Below are positions 38,783 through 47,869 of a stretch of DNA of 64,000 nt, one piece after another. Within the stretch, counting starts at the first letter, position 1. Each line of letters starts with the position of its first letter. Source of the stretch: Spirochaetaceae bacterium (GTDB taxonomy: Bacteria > Spirochaetota > Spirochaetia > DSM-2461); NCBI GenBank assembly GCA_965232615.1, contig OZ246985.1, positions 847,778-911,777 on the forward strand, given 5' to 3'. The position numbers and the translations under genes were made by a program. A model generated the notes under the pieces. It was not told the origin of the DNA. It made no database searches and was given only the letters and a program-made list of their open reading frames with translations.

Positions 38783-40522
38783 TTACTGAAATGGTACAAA
38801 CATACTGATCGAGGTTCCCTTGTCTATGGCTGTTTCTATTGATAATCTGCCTTTCAATCTATCGATCTCAGTCTTTACAGCCCAGAGCCCAAGCCCCCTG
38901 CCTGAAATTTCTGTCAGGTTTTCTGCTGTCGAAAAATCTCTTAAAAAAAGTAATCCCAACACCTCATCGGAGTTATAGATTTTATCATCGGAAAGAATCC
39001 CTTTACGCCTGCCAATGGCTTCAATATCCTGTACAGAAATACCTCTGCCGTCATCAATGAAGCTGATTTCCATGCCATCATGATGCACTTTAATATCGAT
39101 AAAAACCTCCCCCTGATCGGGTTTATTCTTCTTCTTTCTCTCCAGAGGAGTTTCAATACCATGATCAATCATGTTTCTCACCAGATGCGCAAAAGTACAT
39201 AGCAAATCATCGTAGATTTCAGGCAGAATCTGGATATCGTCCCCTCTAATCTCAAGAGGTTTAACTTCCTTGCCCAGAGACTTCGCCAGTCTCTGGCTCA
39301 TGGGAGGGTATGGAGCCAGCAAGGCATGTAGAGAAATTCTTCTGAACTGTTGAACAGATCCAAAAATCTCATTATCACTACCATATTTTTTCGCGATAGA
39401 CTCCTCTAACTGGAGGTAATGGTGGTATGGAATAGAGACCTGGTCAATTCTGTTCAGCCATTGTTCGCCAAACAAATTCAGTACAATACCTGACTCATCC
39501 TTATATGCTTTCTTCAAGGAACTGGCCTGGGAAGGGATGTCGATTGTTTCATTACAGGCAATTTTACCGGATATATAGTTCTCAAAATCATTCGCGGCAG
39601 TATGTGTTGCTTCAAATGCGAAAAAAGAAGCGCTCCCCTTAAATGTATGAATCATTCTCTGAAGGGTTTCGTAATCCTTATTCTCCACTTTTTCCAACCT
39701 GCTGAAAGTTTGAAAGACTTCCTCGGCCTCCTTCAGGAAAGAGGAGAAAAATTTCTGGTGAGACAATATCTGAAAGACCATATTTCTGAGTTTCTCTTCT
39801 TTTTCCTCTTTTTCCTTCAACAGTAACTGGAGGGTAATATCTGTCATAATACCAAGAACTTGAATCCTGTCGATCATCCTGTATTCAATCTCTATGGTTC
39901 TATTGTTAATAATGATTTCCCTGTCCATCAGCTTAAAAACAACATCGGCCTTACTGATATCAGTGAAGAGAAGTGAAAACCCATCGATGAACTCTTCCTG
40001 TTTCCTCTTAGTGCTGAATAGAAGCTCTGGAAGAAAGAGTCCAACAGGTTTTTTATTGAAGATTTCCTCGCATTTTCGTGAATAATTCTCCTTAACAACA
40101 AAGTCTGCTCCAAACAGAAAAAATCCCTGACCAGTAACATCAAGCATGTTCTTGATTTTACTGGTCCGTTCCTGAACCAGTTTTTCAAGGTTTACGTTTA
40201 TCTCCTGCAAATTATCCTGCCGTACTCCGATCATCCGGGCAAACCAGCCCAGAAAAAATGGTGCCGAGCTTATAATGGAAAAAAGAATCCAGGGATTGTT
40301 CGGGAAAAATGAAATAACAAAGAGTGCGATAAGGGGAAAAAGAAATCCAAAGGATATTCCATAAATCAAGTATTTTTTCGTGTAATTTGACAGCATTCTC
40401 AGTATATTGAAGCGTATTATCCTATTTAAATCAAGGTCTGTGATCCTGACAATAAAGATCCCTGTCCAGTATAGGAGACGACACCAGAAAATATGGCAAT
40501 TCCATGTATTTGAAATCAACAA
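38783..40522 (-). CDS. membrane-anchored CheA-like histidine kinase (TM region, PAS-like region, HPt domain, CheA-type P4 kinase domain; no P5/CheW domain)
   Basis: HPt motif HTFKGSASFF. P4 motifs HLVRNMIDHGIE, DDGRGI and GRGLGLWAV. The protein ends right after P4. The probable true start is MLSNYTKKY at about 40396. Confidence 0.65.
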   Translation of the reverse strand: MLISNTWNCHIFWCRLLYWTGIFIVRITDLDLNRIIRFNILRMLSNYTKKYLIYGISFGFLFPLIALFVISFFPNNPWILFSIISSAPFFLGWFARMIGVRQDNLQEINVNLEKLVQERTSKIKNMLDVTGQGFFLFGADFVVKENYSRKCEEIFNKKPVGLFLPELLFSTKRKQEEFIDGFSLLFTDISKADVVFKLMDREIIINNRTIEIEYRMIDRIQVLGIMTDITLQLLLKEKEEKEEKLRNMVFQILSHQKFFSSFLKEAEEVFQTFSRLEKVENKDYETLQRMIHTFKGSASFFAFEATHTAANDFENYISGKIACNETIDIPSQASSLKKAYKDESGIVLNLFGEQWLNRIDQVSIPYHHYLQLEESIAKKYGSDNEIFGSVQQFRRISLHALLAPYPPMSQRLAKSLGKEVKPLEIRGDDIQILPEIYDDLLCTFAHLVRNMIDHGIETPLERKKKNKPDQGEVFIDIKVHHDGMEISFIDDGRGISVQDIEAIGRRKGILSDDKIYNSDEVLGLLFLRDFSTAENLTEISGRGLGLWAVKTEIDRLKGRLSIETAIDKGTSISMFVPFQ

Positions 40523-40571
40523 CAGCGCCTATGATTGACACTTGCACAGGCATTAAACAAGATACAATTCA

Positions 40572-41675
40572 ATGAATGAAAAAATCAATGTGGGGATACT
40601 CTGTGGAGGACGTTCCTGCGAACACGAAGTCTCGGTTGCTTCCACCCGTTCCGTTCTGGACGCTATCAACCGAGACAAATACAACATTACTCTTATTGGA
40701 ATATCAAAAAAAGGCCAGTGGCTGACCCCTTCCGGAGATGCCTTGAAACTTCTCCAGGGTGGTACAGTTGAGAAAGAAGATAATCATTCAGTCATATTAG
40801 ATTATTCCGGTTCCAGAAAATTGTTGACCCCTGAAACATTGCAATCACTCAGCCAGCCCATTGATGTGCTTTTCCCCCTGCTCCATGGTCCATTTGGCGA
40901 AGATGGCACTGTTCAAGGTTTACTTGAACTATCCGGCATACCCTATGTAGGATCCGGTGTGACAGGATCTGCTGTTGGCATGGACAAGGAAATGATGAGG
41001 CGCGTGTTTCGATCGGAAAACCTGCCCCAGGTGAATTACACAGTTGTTACCCGCAAAAGGTGGGAAGCCTGCCCGGAAGAAGTTCAGCATGACACAGAAA
41101 AACAACTCACCTATCCACTTTTTATAAAACCTGTCAATTCGGGTTCATCGGTGGGTGTCAGCAAAGTACACAATTCCAGTGAGTTCACCGGGGGAATGGA
41201 TGAAGCCTGCAGCTTTGACTACAAGGTGATGATAGAAGAAGAAGCAGCCAACTGCCGTGAAATTGAAGCCGCAGTTCTTGGAAATGAAACTCCGGAATCA
41301 GCATCAACCATAGGCGAGATTGTTCCCCATAACGATTTTTATGACTACGAAGCCAAGTATACCGAAGGCAGCACAGAGTTAATAATTCCAGCTCGAATTT
41401 CCCCGGAAACCATGGCTGAGATACGAAAAATAGCCATCACGGCATTCAAAACCATAGGTGCGGCTGGTCTGGCCCGTGTGGATTTCTTCGTCCGCAAAGA
41501 TGATGAGGCCATTTTCCTCAACGAGATAAACACTATGCCAGGCTTCACACCGGTTAGCATGTATCCCCAACTCTGGACTGAATCAGGTGTGTCCTACACA
41601 GAACTCATCGACCGCCTGATTCAATACGCCCTTGAGTATCATAGCACCAGACAAAACATACGTGTCGTTCTTTAA
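40572..41675 (+). CDS. ddl: D-alanine--D-alanine ligase
   Basis: 367 aa with an ATP-grasp fold, N-terminus VGILCGGRSCEHEVS and the C-terminal FLNEINTMPGFT motif. Confidence 0.85.
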   Translation: MNEKINVGILCGGRSCEHEVSVASTRSVLDAINRDKYNITLIGISKKGQWLTPSGDALKLLQGGTVEKEDNHSVILDYSGSRKLLTPETLQSLSQPIDVLFPLLHGPFGEDGTVQGLLELSGIPYVGSGVTGSAVGMDKEMMRRVFRSENLPQVNYTVVTRKRWEACPEEVQHDTEKQLTYPLFIKPVNSGSSVGVSKVHNSSEFTGGMDEACSFDYKVMIEEEAANCREIEAAVLGNETPESASTIGEIVPHNDFYDYEAKYTEGSTELIIPARISPETMAEIRKIAITAFKTIGAAGLARVDFFVRKDDEAIFLNEINTMPGFTPVSMYPQLWTESGVSYTELIDRLIQYALEYHSTRQNIRVVL

Positions 41676-41683
41676 CCAGTACT

Positions 41684-42082
41684 ATGGCAGTTCGTTCTAT
41701 AAAAAAGCACATGGTAACCCAGATGACACACTACCTGTTTCTTCTTCCCTTCCTGCCAGGAATTCGTTCACTGATCACAAGGCACAGTACCTCTGATATC
41801 ATGATTTACTTCTCTGGTTTGTTTCTCGTGCTTATGTTGATTATTTTCAGCAATCATAAACCTTTATTGAAAATGGAAGAAACCCGGATTTCCCTCTACC
41901 TCAACCACCGTCGTACAGTCACATATCTTCCCTACAAAGAAATATATGCCTACAGGAAGCTGTCATCAGACCGTATCAGAGTTCTTTCTCAATACCATCA
42001 TCCCGTCAATCTTTACATTGGCAGAAAAGATATGAAACATCTTGTAGACAAACTCCAGGAGATGAACATTGCGATGCAGTAG
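41684..42082 (+). CDS. hypothetical small membrane protein (possible bacterial PH-like domain)
   Basis: Two TM helices then about 70 aa soluble. No recognisable motif. Confidence 0.3.
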   Translation: MAVRSIKKHMVTQMTHYLFLLPFLPGIRSLITRHSTSDIMIYFSGLFLVLMLIIFSNHKPLLKMEETRISLYLNHRRTVTYLPYKEIYAYRKLSSDRIRVLSQYHHPVNLYIGRKDMKHLVDKLQEMNIAMQ

Positions 42083-43034
42083 AACTGTATTCTTCTCAGG
42101 AATGATCATCATTGCGTCGGCATTGTTAACCTCCTGTAAGGAAGAAAAGGTGCTGCTAACGGAGCACCAGATATCTCTGCTGAATAAGTGGCTTGATTCA
42201 TCTTATCAGACTCCGGCAGAGCGCATAATTCAGGAATTCCAGCAAGGCCGCTCCGTTATACTTGCCCAGGATATGATTCTCCGTGGAGATACCGTAGATC
42301 TTGTCCGCTCCCTGGTACCTCTATTCTACAGTCTTGGAATAAGAAACATCGGACTGTATCAATTTAACACAACCAGCCAGAAAGAACTGGACTGGTATTG
42401 CCGTGATGCCAATCCCGGCCAGAATGATGCTATCAGCTCACCCATGCCATTTCTGGCATACATCGAATACAGAGAGTTCCTGGATTATATTAAAGACTTG
42501 AACAACCATAAGAAGCTTGGGGAAGAAGCCATCAATATCATAGCTCTGGGTGAACGGGGAAGCATCTCTTCCCCCAGAGTCAATCAACTTCTGGAGGAAG
42601 AAAACTGCTTTTTATGGCTGAAATCTACCGATCTTGCATCAATACCACATACAGAAACTGATGAAGTGAAACCCCTTGTTCTTTTACATCACGGTCCTGG
42701 ACCTGATGGTTTGATCTGGAATGAACTGATACTGCATACAAGAAATCAGCGGCCATTAAGAGATGCCACTTTTGCCTTCAACCCGGATACTCCGCCATTT
42801 CACCTCTGGAAATACAATCATCCTGCAAAACCGGACATTGTTATCGTCACAGTTTTTCCATATCGTGCTGTTACCACAGTACCTGGTTACTTAACCAGAG
42901 ATATTACTGATGAAGTGTTGGCAAATTTCCCTGAGATCCAAATTCGCAACCCTCAGAATCTGCTACCATCTCGATTGAACAGGATTGTATACCGGCAGGT
43001 GAAGCGGTATGCTCGATCCCTGAGAAACTTTTAA
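42069..43034 (+). CDS. hypothetical lipoprotein
   Basis: Signal peptide plus lipobox LLTSC. 321 aa with no confident family assignment. Confidence 0.4.
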   Translation: MRCSRTVFFSGMIIIASALLTSCKEEKVLLTEHQISLLNKWLDSSYQTPAERIIQEFQQGRSVILAQDMILRGDTVDLVRSLVPLFYSLGIRNIGLYQFNTTSQKELDWYCRDANPGQNDAISSPMPFLAYIEYREFLDYIKDLNNHKKLGEEAINIIALGERGSISSPRVNQLLEEENCFLWLKSTDLASIPHTETDEVKPLVLLHHGPGPDGLIWNELILHTRNQRPLRDATFAFNPDTPPFHLWKYNHPAKPDIVIVTVFPYRAVTTVPGYLTRDITDEVLANFPEIQIRNPQNLLPSRLNRIVYRQVKRYARSLRNF

Positions 43035-43042
43035 ATACGGCT

Positions 43043-43918
43043 CTAATGAATTCTGAAATTCTCCAGCCCCAGCAATTCAAAAATCCGCAATACCGCGAGG
43101 GAATTGTTCAAGGTGTAAAGATGGATACCGGGAACACTGCTATCCAATAAATCCCTTACCTGTTCGGCTGCCCAGTGTATACCTGCCTTGCATACACCCT
43201 CATCGGATTCTGCCCATTTGACAGCCCGAAGCAATCCGGCCGGGAATCGGGATCGTGGCGCCAGTTTCGCCATTCTTTCCATGTTATGAATTCCGGAAAT
43301 CGGCATTATTCCTGCAATGACAGGTATGTTAATACCTGCGATTGCACACCTTGAGACATAATCAAAATAATCCCTGTTATCAAAAAAAAGTTGAGTAACC
43401 ATATAATCGGCTCCGGCATCAACTTTGCTCTTTAGATGCGTCATCTCATCAAGACGGTTTAACGAATCAGGATGCCCTTCCGGAAAACCGGCCACACCAA
43501 CTCCCATCTCCGGATGCTGATTGCGGATGAAGGACACCAGTTCAGCGGCATGGGAAAAGTCCCCCTGTATGGAAGTGGTATCAGCAGGCATATCACCTTT
43601 GAGAGCCAGGATATTTCTCACGCCACTTTCGGCATATTCATCAAGGATTTCCCTGATTTCATCCTGTGTATGGCTGACACAGGTGAGATGGGCCACGACA
43701 TCAACACCTGTCAATTGTTGTATTTTTGTAACGAGTTGGTGAGTGAGAGACCGTGTAGATCCGCCTGCACCATATGTAACACTCACATAGGTTGGTTTGA
43801 GATGGGTCAGATCTTCTATAGTCCGGAATAGCTTTTCTTCTCCCTTTGGGGACTTAGGCGGAAAGAATTCAAAACTTACCGCTGTTTTCTGTGAGGTTAA
43901 CAGGTCAATAATCGGCAT
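43043..43918 (-). CDS. metF: 5,10-methylenetetrahydrofolate reductase
   Basis: 291 aa TIM-barrel MTHFR (FEFFPPK, SVTYGAGGS). Confidence 0.8.
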   Translation of the reverse strand: MPIIDLLTSQKTAVSFEFFPPKSPKGEEKLFRTIEDLTHLKPTYVSVTYGAGGSTRSLTHQLVTKIQQLTGVDVVAHLTCVSHTQDEIREILDEYAESGVRNILALKGDMPADTTSIQGDFSHAAELVSFIRNQHPEMGVGVAGFPEGHPDSLNRLDEMTHLKSKVDAGADYMVTQLFFDNRDYFDYVSRCAIAGINIPVIAGIMPISGIHNMERMAKLAPRSRFPAGLLRAVKWAESDEGVCKAGIHWAAEQVRDLLDSSVPGIHLYTLNNSLAVLRIFELLGLENFRIH

Positions 43919-43924
43919 ATGCTG

Positions 43925-44359
43925 CTACTTCTGAAGATTGATCAATGCATGGATTGCCAGAATGTAGCTGTGTTTTCCAAAACCAAAGATCCCCCCCTCA
44001 CAAACTGGAGCTATTACTGAAGAATGACGGAATTCTTCCCGTTTATATAAATTGGAAAGATGCACTTCTATAACAGGGATCCGGACTGCGGCAACGGCAT
44101 CACGAATGGCATGTGAATAGTGGGAGTATGCAGCAGCATTGAGTATAATACCATCAAGTCGATCATTTCCCTTCTGTATCAAAGTGATGAGTTCCCCTTC
44201 GGAGTTTGACTGATGAAACTCCAGCTCTATGCCGAGCTTATCACCTTCAGCAGCAACTTCTTTGTTGATTTCGTCTAGAGTCTGGTTGCCGTAAATGTGT
44301 ATTTCCCTTTGACCAAGCATGTTAAGATTCGGACCATTGATAACCGATATTCGCTTCAT
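43925..44359 (-). CDS. aroQ: type II 3-dehydroquinate dehydratase
   Basis: 144 aa with I(N)GPNLNMLGQRE and HLSN motifs. Confidence 0.8.
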   Translation of the reverse strand: MKRISVINGPNLNMLGQREIHIYGNQTLDEINKEVAAEGDKLGIELEFHQSNSEGELITLIQKGNDRLDGIILNAAAYSHYSHAIRDAVAAVRIPVIEVHLSNLYKREEFRHSSVIAPVCEGGIFGFGKHSYILAIHALINLQK

Positions 44360-44503
44360 AACAGAATTACAATAGAAAGATGACAGGTTAAAGTCAAGCA
44401 GGTTTTCAATCAGGGCAATCGCATCTAATTCTATCCCAAAGGGGAATTCCAGGAGTCTGTCGGACTCCTGGAATCCTTCACGGGAGACCAGAAAGTTATT
44501 ATA

Positions 44504-44723
44504 GGCAACCTCTAAAAAACAGCTTTAGGAAATTGACGCATTGGCGGTGTGTTCCTCGGGTTACGCTCTGCGGTACACACCTGGTAGCGGTACACACCGG
44601 ATTAAATTTTTGTCGATACAAGGCAGGCAAAATCTAAGGGCGTAGCTGGGCTTAGTTGAGTATTTTGACAACGCAGTAGCGGCGGAAAAGACCTGAGTCA
44701 AGAACTCAATGGGTTTTTTAGAC
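44504..44723 (-). repeat. MITE-like element copy E7 (minus orientation), private terminus variant ttttttagactgaag
   Basis: Starts ggcaacctctaaaaaacagctttaggaaattgacg and contains rc hairpin units, module B and module A. Shares its odd left-TIR variant with E8. Confidence 0.8.
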
Positions 44724-44936
44724 TGAAGTTTTAAGGGAATTTCGGTCTAAATACTTATATAGAAAGAAGTTGAGCTAGTTTTGCCCTCAAAACGCCCCCA
44801 TGTAATATTGCAATTTTATTATATTATTGTATTGACAATTATGTAGATATAATTCATAATGCACCCATGTATATTCAAATAGTACCAAACAGAAATTCGC
44901 CTCCCTGCATTCTGCTGCGGGAAGACCACCGAGAGA

Positions 44937-45911
44937 ATGGCCGCGTTATCAAAAAGACTCTGGCTAATTATAACCAAACTGCCAGGTCATGCCGTTGAAG
45001 GCCTTCGACGGTTGCTTAAAGAAGGACCAGAAGCCCTATCTGGAAATGATTTCAAAATCACTCGAACTCTACCGCATGGTCATGCCGTTGCCATCCTCAA
45101 GGTTATGAAAGATCTTGATATTCCTCGGTTAATTTCCTCCCGCCGAACTCCCGAACGTAATTTGATTATCGCCCTTATTGCCCAACGTATTCTTCATCCA
45201 CAATCGAAACTGGCCACTTTTTAAGAGGGGCAAGCTACAAATTGAAGTGGGTCTTCTTTGTGACTCAGAAGGACGTCCTGTGGGGGTTGAAGTCTTTGAA
45301 GGCAACACAGCCGATCCGATGACGGTTTCCAGCCAGATTGAAAAACTCCGAAATCGCTTCGGTCTTGAACGGATCACAGTGGTCGGTGACCGAGGAATGC
45401 TAACTGAAGCGAGCATTGACAGGGAAATCCGGAAGAACTCTCTGACGAAAAGGTTGTATTTGCGTACAAACGGCTCTCCAGCGTTGAACAGGCATTTCGC
45501 TACATAAAGTTGGTGGACTTGAAGCTACGGCCCGTTTATCACCGCCTGGAGGACAGGGTTCGGGCGCATGTATTGGTTTGTATGCTTGCCTACTATGTTG
45601 AATGGGAAATGCGGAAACGGATGGCTCCCATTCTCTTTGAAGATGAAGCTTCTGCCATTGAAAGGGAGAAGAAAAAGAAATCCATCGTTTCTCCTGCGGA
45701 AAAATCTGGTAAAGCCCTGGCGAAAGCATCAACAAAACAAACAGACGATGGAGAACTCGTCCATAGTTTCCGAACGGCGTTAAATTGTCTTGCGACTATT
45801 TGCCAAAACACAATTGAATTCGATTGTAAAGAATCCGCATCCTTCACGCGGATTACAGAACCAGTAAACCATCAAAGAGTAATCCTGAATCTTTTGGGGG
45901 TCAGTATGTAG
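44937..45911 (+). mobile_element. degraded IS1634-family (IS4 superfamily) transposase pseudogene, C-terminal part in 3 frames
   Basis: The fragment ...RVRAHVLVCMLAYYVEWEMRK... is a hallmark of IS1634-type transposases. The frame is broken at least twice and the N-terminus is missing. The insert has inverted ends agactgaagtttt(a/t)a. Confidence 0.6.
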
Positions 45912-45994
45912 TCGCCAGGTCCCCAGTATCGTAACATTGGGGAATTGGCTAAATGCTTTCTCTGTATGGAAATATGGTGGTCTTGCGATAAAAA

Positions 45995-46384
45995 CTTCAG
46001 TCTAAAAACCTCATTGTGTTCTTGACTCGATCTTTTCTGCCGCTACTGCGTTTTCAAAATGCTCACGTAATCAGGTGTGTACCGCAGGGCGTAGCCCGAG
46101 GAACACACCGCCACTATCAGGTGTGTACCGCAGGGCGTAGCCCGAGGAACACACCGCCACTATCAGGTGTGTACCGCAGGGCGTAGCCCGAGGAACACAC
46201 CGCCACTATCAGGTGTGTACCGCAGGGCGTAGCCCGAGGAACACACCGCCACTATCAGGTGCGTACCGCAGGAGCAAAGCTCCGAGGAACACACCGCCAC
46301 TATCAGGTGTGTACCGCAGGGCGTAGCCCGAGGAACACACCGCTACTGCGCCAAATTCCAAAAACGATTTTTTAGAGGTTGCCT
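45995..46384 (+). repeat. MITE-like element copy E8 with six tandem 46-bp hairpin units
   Basis: Left end cttcagtctaaaaacc is the exact inverse of the E7 end. Units ctatcaggtgtgtaccgcagggcgtagcccgaggaacacaccgcca x6, one of them the gcgt/ggagc variant. The ORF at 46209-46442 is an artefact. Confidence 0.8.
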
Positions 46385-46481
46385 GGAGAAATCCAAATCT
46401 CAGATTTTTCCCAAACAGTGAACGGACGTGAGTTCGACTCATTCAGTCATGCCCAGCGTATCACATCAAAACCACAGCTGA

Positions 46482-47648
46482 TCAGCGTGGTAGCTCGGTG
46501 CCTTCATTCATAATTCGGATGTATTCTACATAGGAATAGAGACGGTTTCGCTTCTGGCCGGACACCTCCTTGACAATGCCAATCTGCTCCAATTTACGCA
46601 GGCACGCGTTGACGGTTGCTGGTGAAAGTTGGGCCTTTTCCTGAATCCAATTGGGAGAGGCCATCGGTCGTTCCAGCATCGCTTTGTGAATCAGGTGTGC
46701 CGAGCCGGAAATACGCTTCAGTCCATTAATCCGCTGGCCATCCTTAGCTGAAAGCCTCATCAATTGTTGAGCTGTATCCACCGCCTGAGTTGCGGTGTGA
46801 ATAACCGCATCGGCAAAGAAATGCAGCCATGCCTCCCAGTTACCAGTCAAGCGGACCTCATTCAGCAGCTCATAGTACTGCTGCCGATGAGTCTTGAAAT
46901 ATAAACTCAGGTAGAGCATGGGTTCCTTCAATACCTTCTCAGAACAAAGCAATAAGGTAATTATCAGACGGCCAAGACGCCCGTTACCATCGAGAAACGG
47001 GTGGATTGTTTCAAACTGAACATGCGCCAATGCCGCTTTGATTAGAACCGAGGTCTTTTCCGGCTGGTTGTGTAAAAACAGCTCCAGCTTATCCATGCAC
47101 TCCTGAACATATTCCGGAGGCGGAGGAACGAACGCCGCTGTACCGGGGAGACTGCCACCAATCCAGTTCTGGCTTCTGCGAAACTCCCCCGGATCGCACT
47201 CCTTACCACGCCCCTTTGACAGAAGGACGCTGTGAATCTCTTTCAGCAATCGGAGTGAGATTGGGAAATCATCATACAACCGCTTCAAGCCATGGTTCAA
47301 CGCCGCCACATAATTACTGACCTCCTGCACGTCATCAAGCGGCACACCGGGTTGATGTTCAAATTCAAATAGCAGCAAATCTGAAAGGGAGGACTGAGTT
47401 CCCTCGATCATTGAGGAAAGCACCGCTTCTTTGCGCACATATATGTAAAGGAAGAGCGAAGTGTCCGGCAGCAATACCGAAACGCTGTCCAGACGACCAA
47501 GAGCCAGCAGGGCCTTATCAAATTTATCCCGGAGCTCTGATGACCACTCAATCAGTGGCGTTGGGGGCAACGGAGCCGGAACAAAGGCTTGTGCTTTTTC
47601 CCCAACGGTCGAAATGGTTATGTAATGGCCTTGTAGATCACGGTTCAT
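46482..47648 (-). CDS. fic: Fic-family AMPylase/adenylyltransferase, class II (N-terminal inhibitory S-x3-E-G motif), C-terminal winged-HTH
   Basis: Fic motif HPFLDGNGRLGR. Inhibitory motif SSMIEGT upstream. wHTH-like C-terminus. Confidence 0.8.
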   Translation of the reverse strand: MNRDLQGHYITISTVGEKAQAFVPAPLPPTPLIEWSSELRDKFDKALLALGRLDSVSVLLPDTSLFLYIYVRKEAVLSSMIEGTQSSLSDLLLFEFEHQPGVPLDDVQEVSNYVAALNHGLKRLYDDFPISLRLLKEIHSVLLSKGRGKECDPGEFRRSQNWIGGSLPGTAAFVPPPPEYVQECMDKLELFLHNQPEKTSVLIKAALAHVQFETIHPFLDGNGRLGRLIITLLLCSEKVLKEPMLYLSLYFKTHRQQYYELLNEVRLTGNWEAWLHFFADAVIHTATQAVDTAQQLMRLSAKDGQRINGLKRISGSAHLIHKAMLERPMASPNWIQEKAQLSPATVNACLRKLEQIGIVKEVSGQKRNRLYSYVEYIRIMNEGTELPR

Positions 47649-47869
47649 GCTCTTATTTCACTTATCGAATTAATGAATTCTTTATTTTAATTTACACTGT
47701 AATGTAAAATAATAACCTGACCGTCGATTGTCAAGGGATTGTCAGGAATGTCTCTCAGACCTGGGTTGAGAAATGATGTACATCCTACAGGCGGAGCAGA
47801 CTTGACATGGGTTATATTCCATTAACAGGCTTTCTGACACTGGATAAATGCCCCCAGAGCTTTTTCAAT

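Noticed and set aside
44937-45911. Calling the IS1634-like region an intact transposase gene
   Set aside because: The reading frame is split across three frames, the N-terminal half is missing, and the whole insert is only about 1.27 kb. It is a pseudogene.
45995-46384. Interpreting the tandem hairpin arrays as a CRISPR array
   Set aside because: Units are directly contiguous and have no unique spacers between them. Unit length varies between loci (16, 46, 96 or 118 bp). The arrays are bounded by inverted termini. No cas genes are present.
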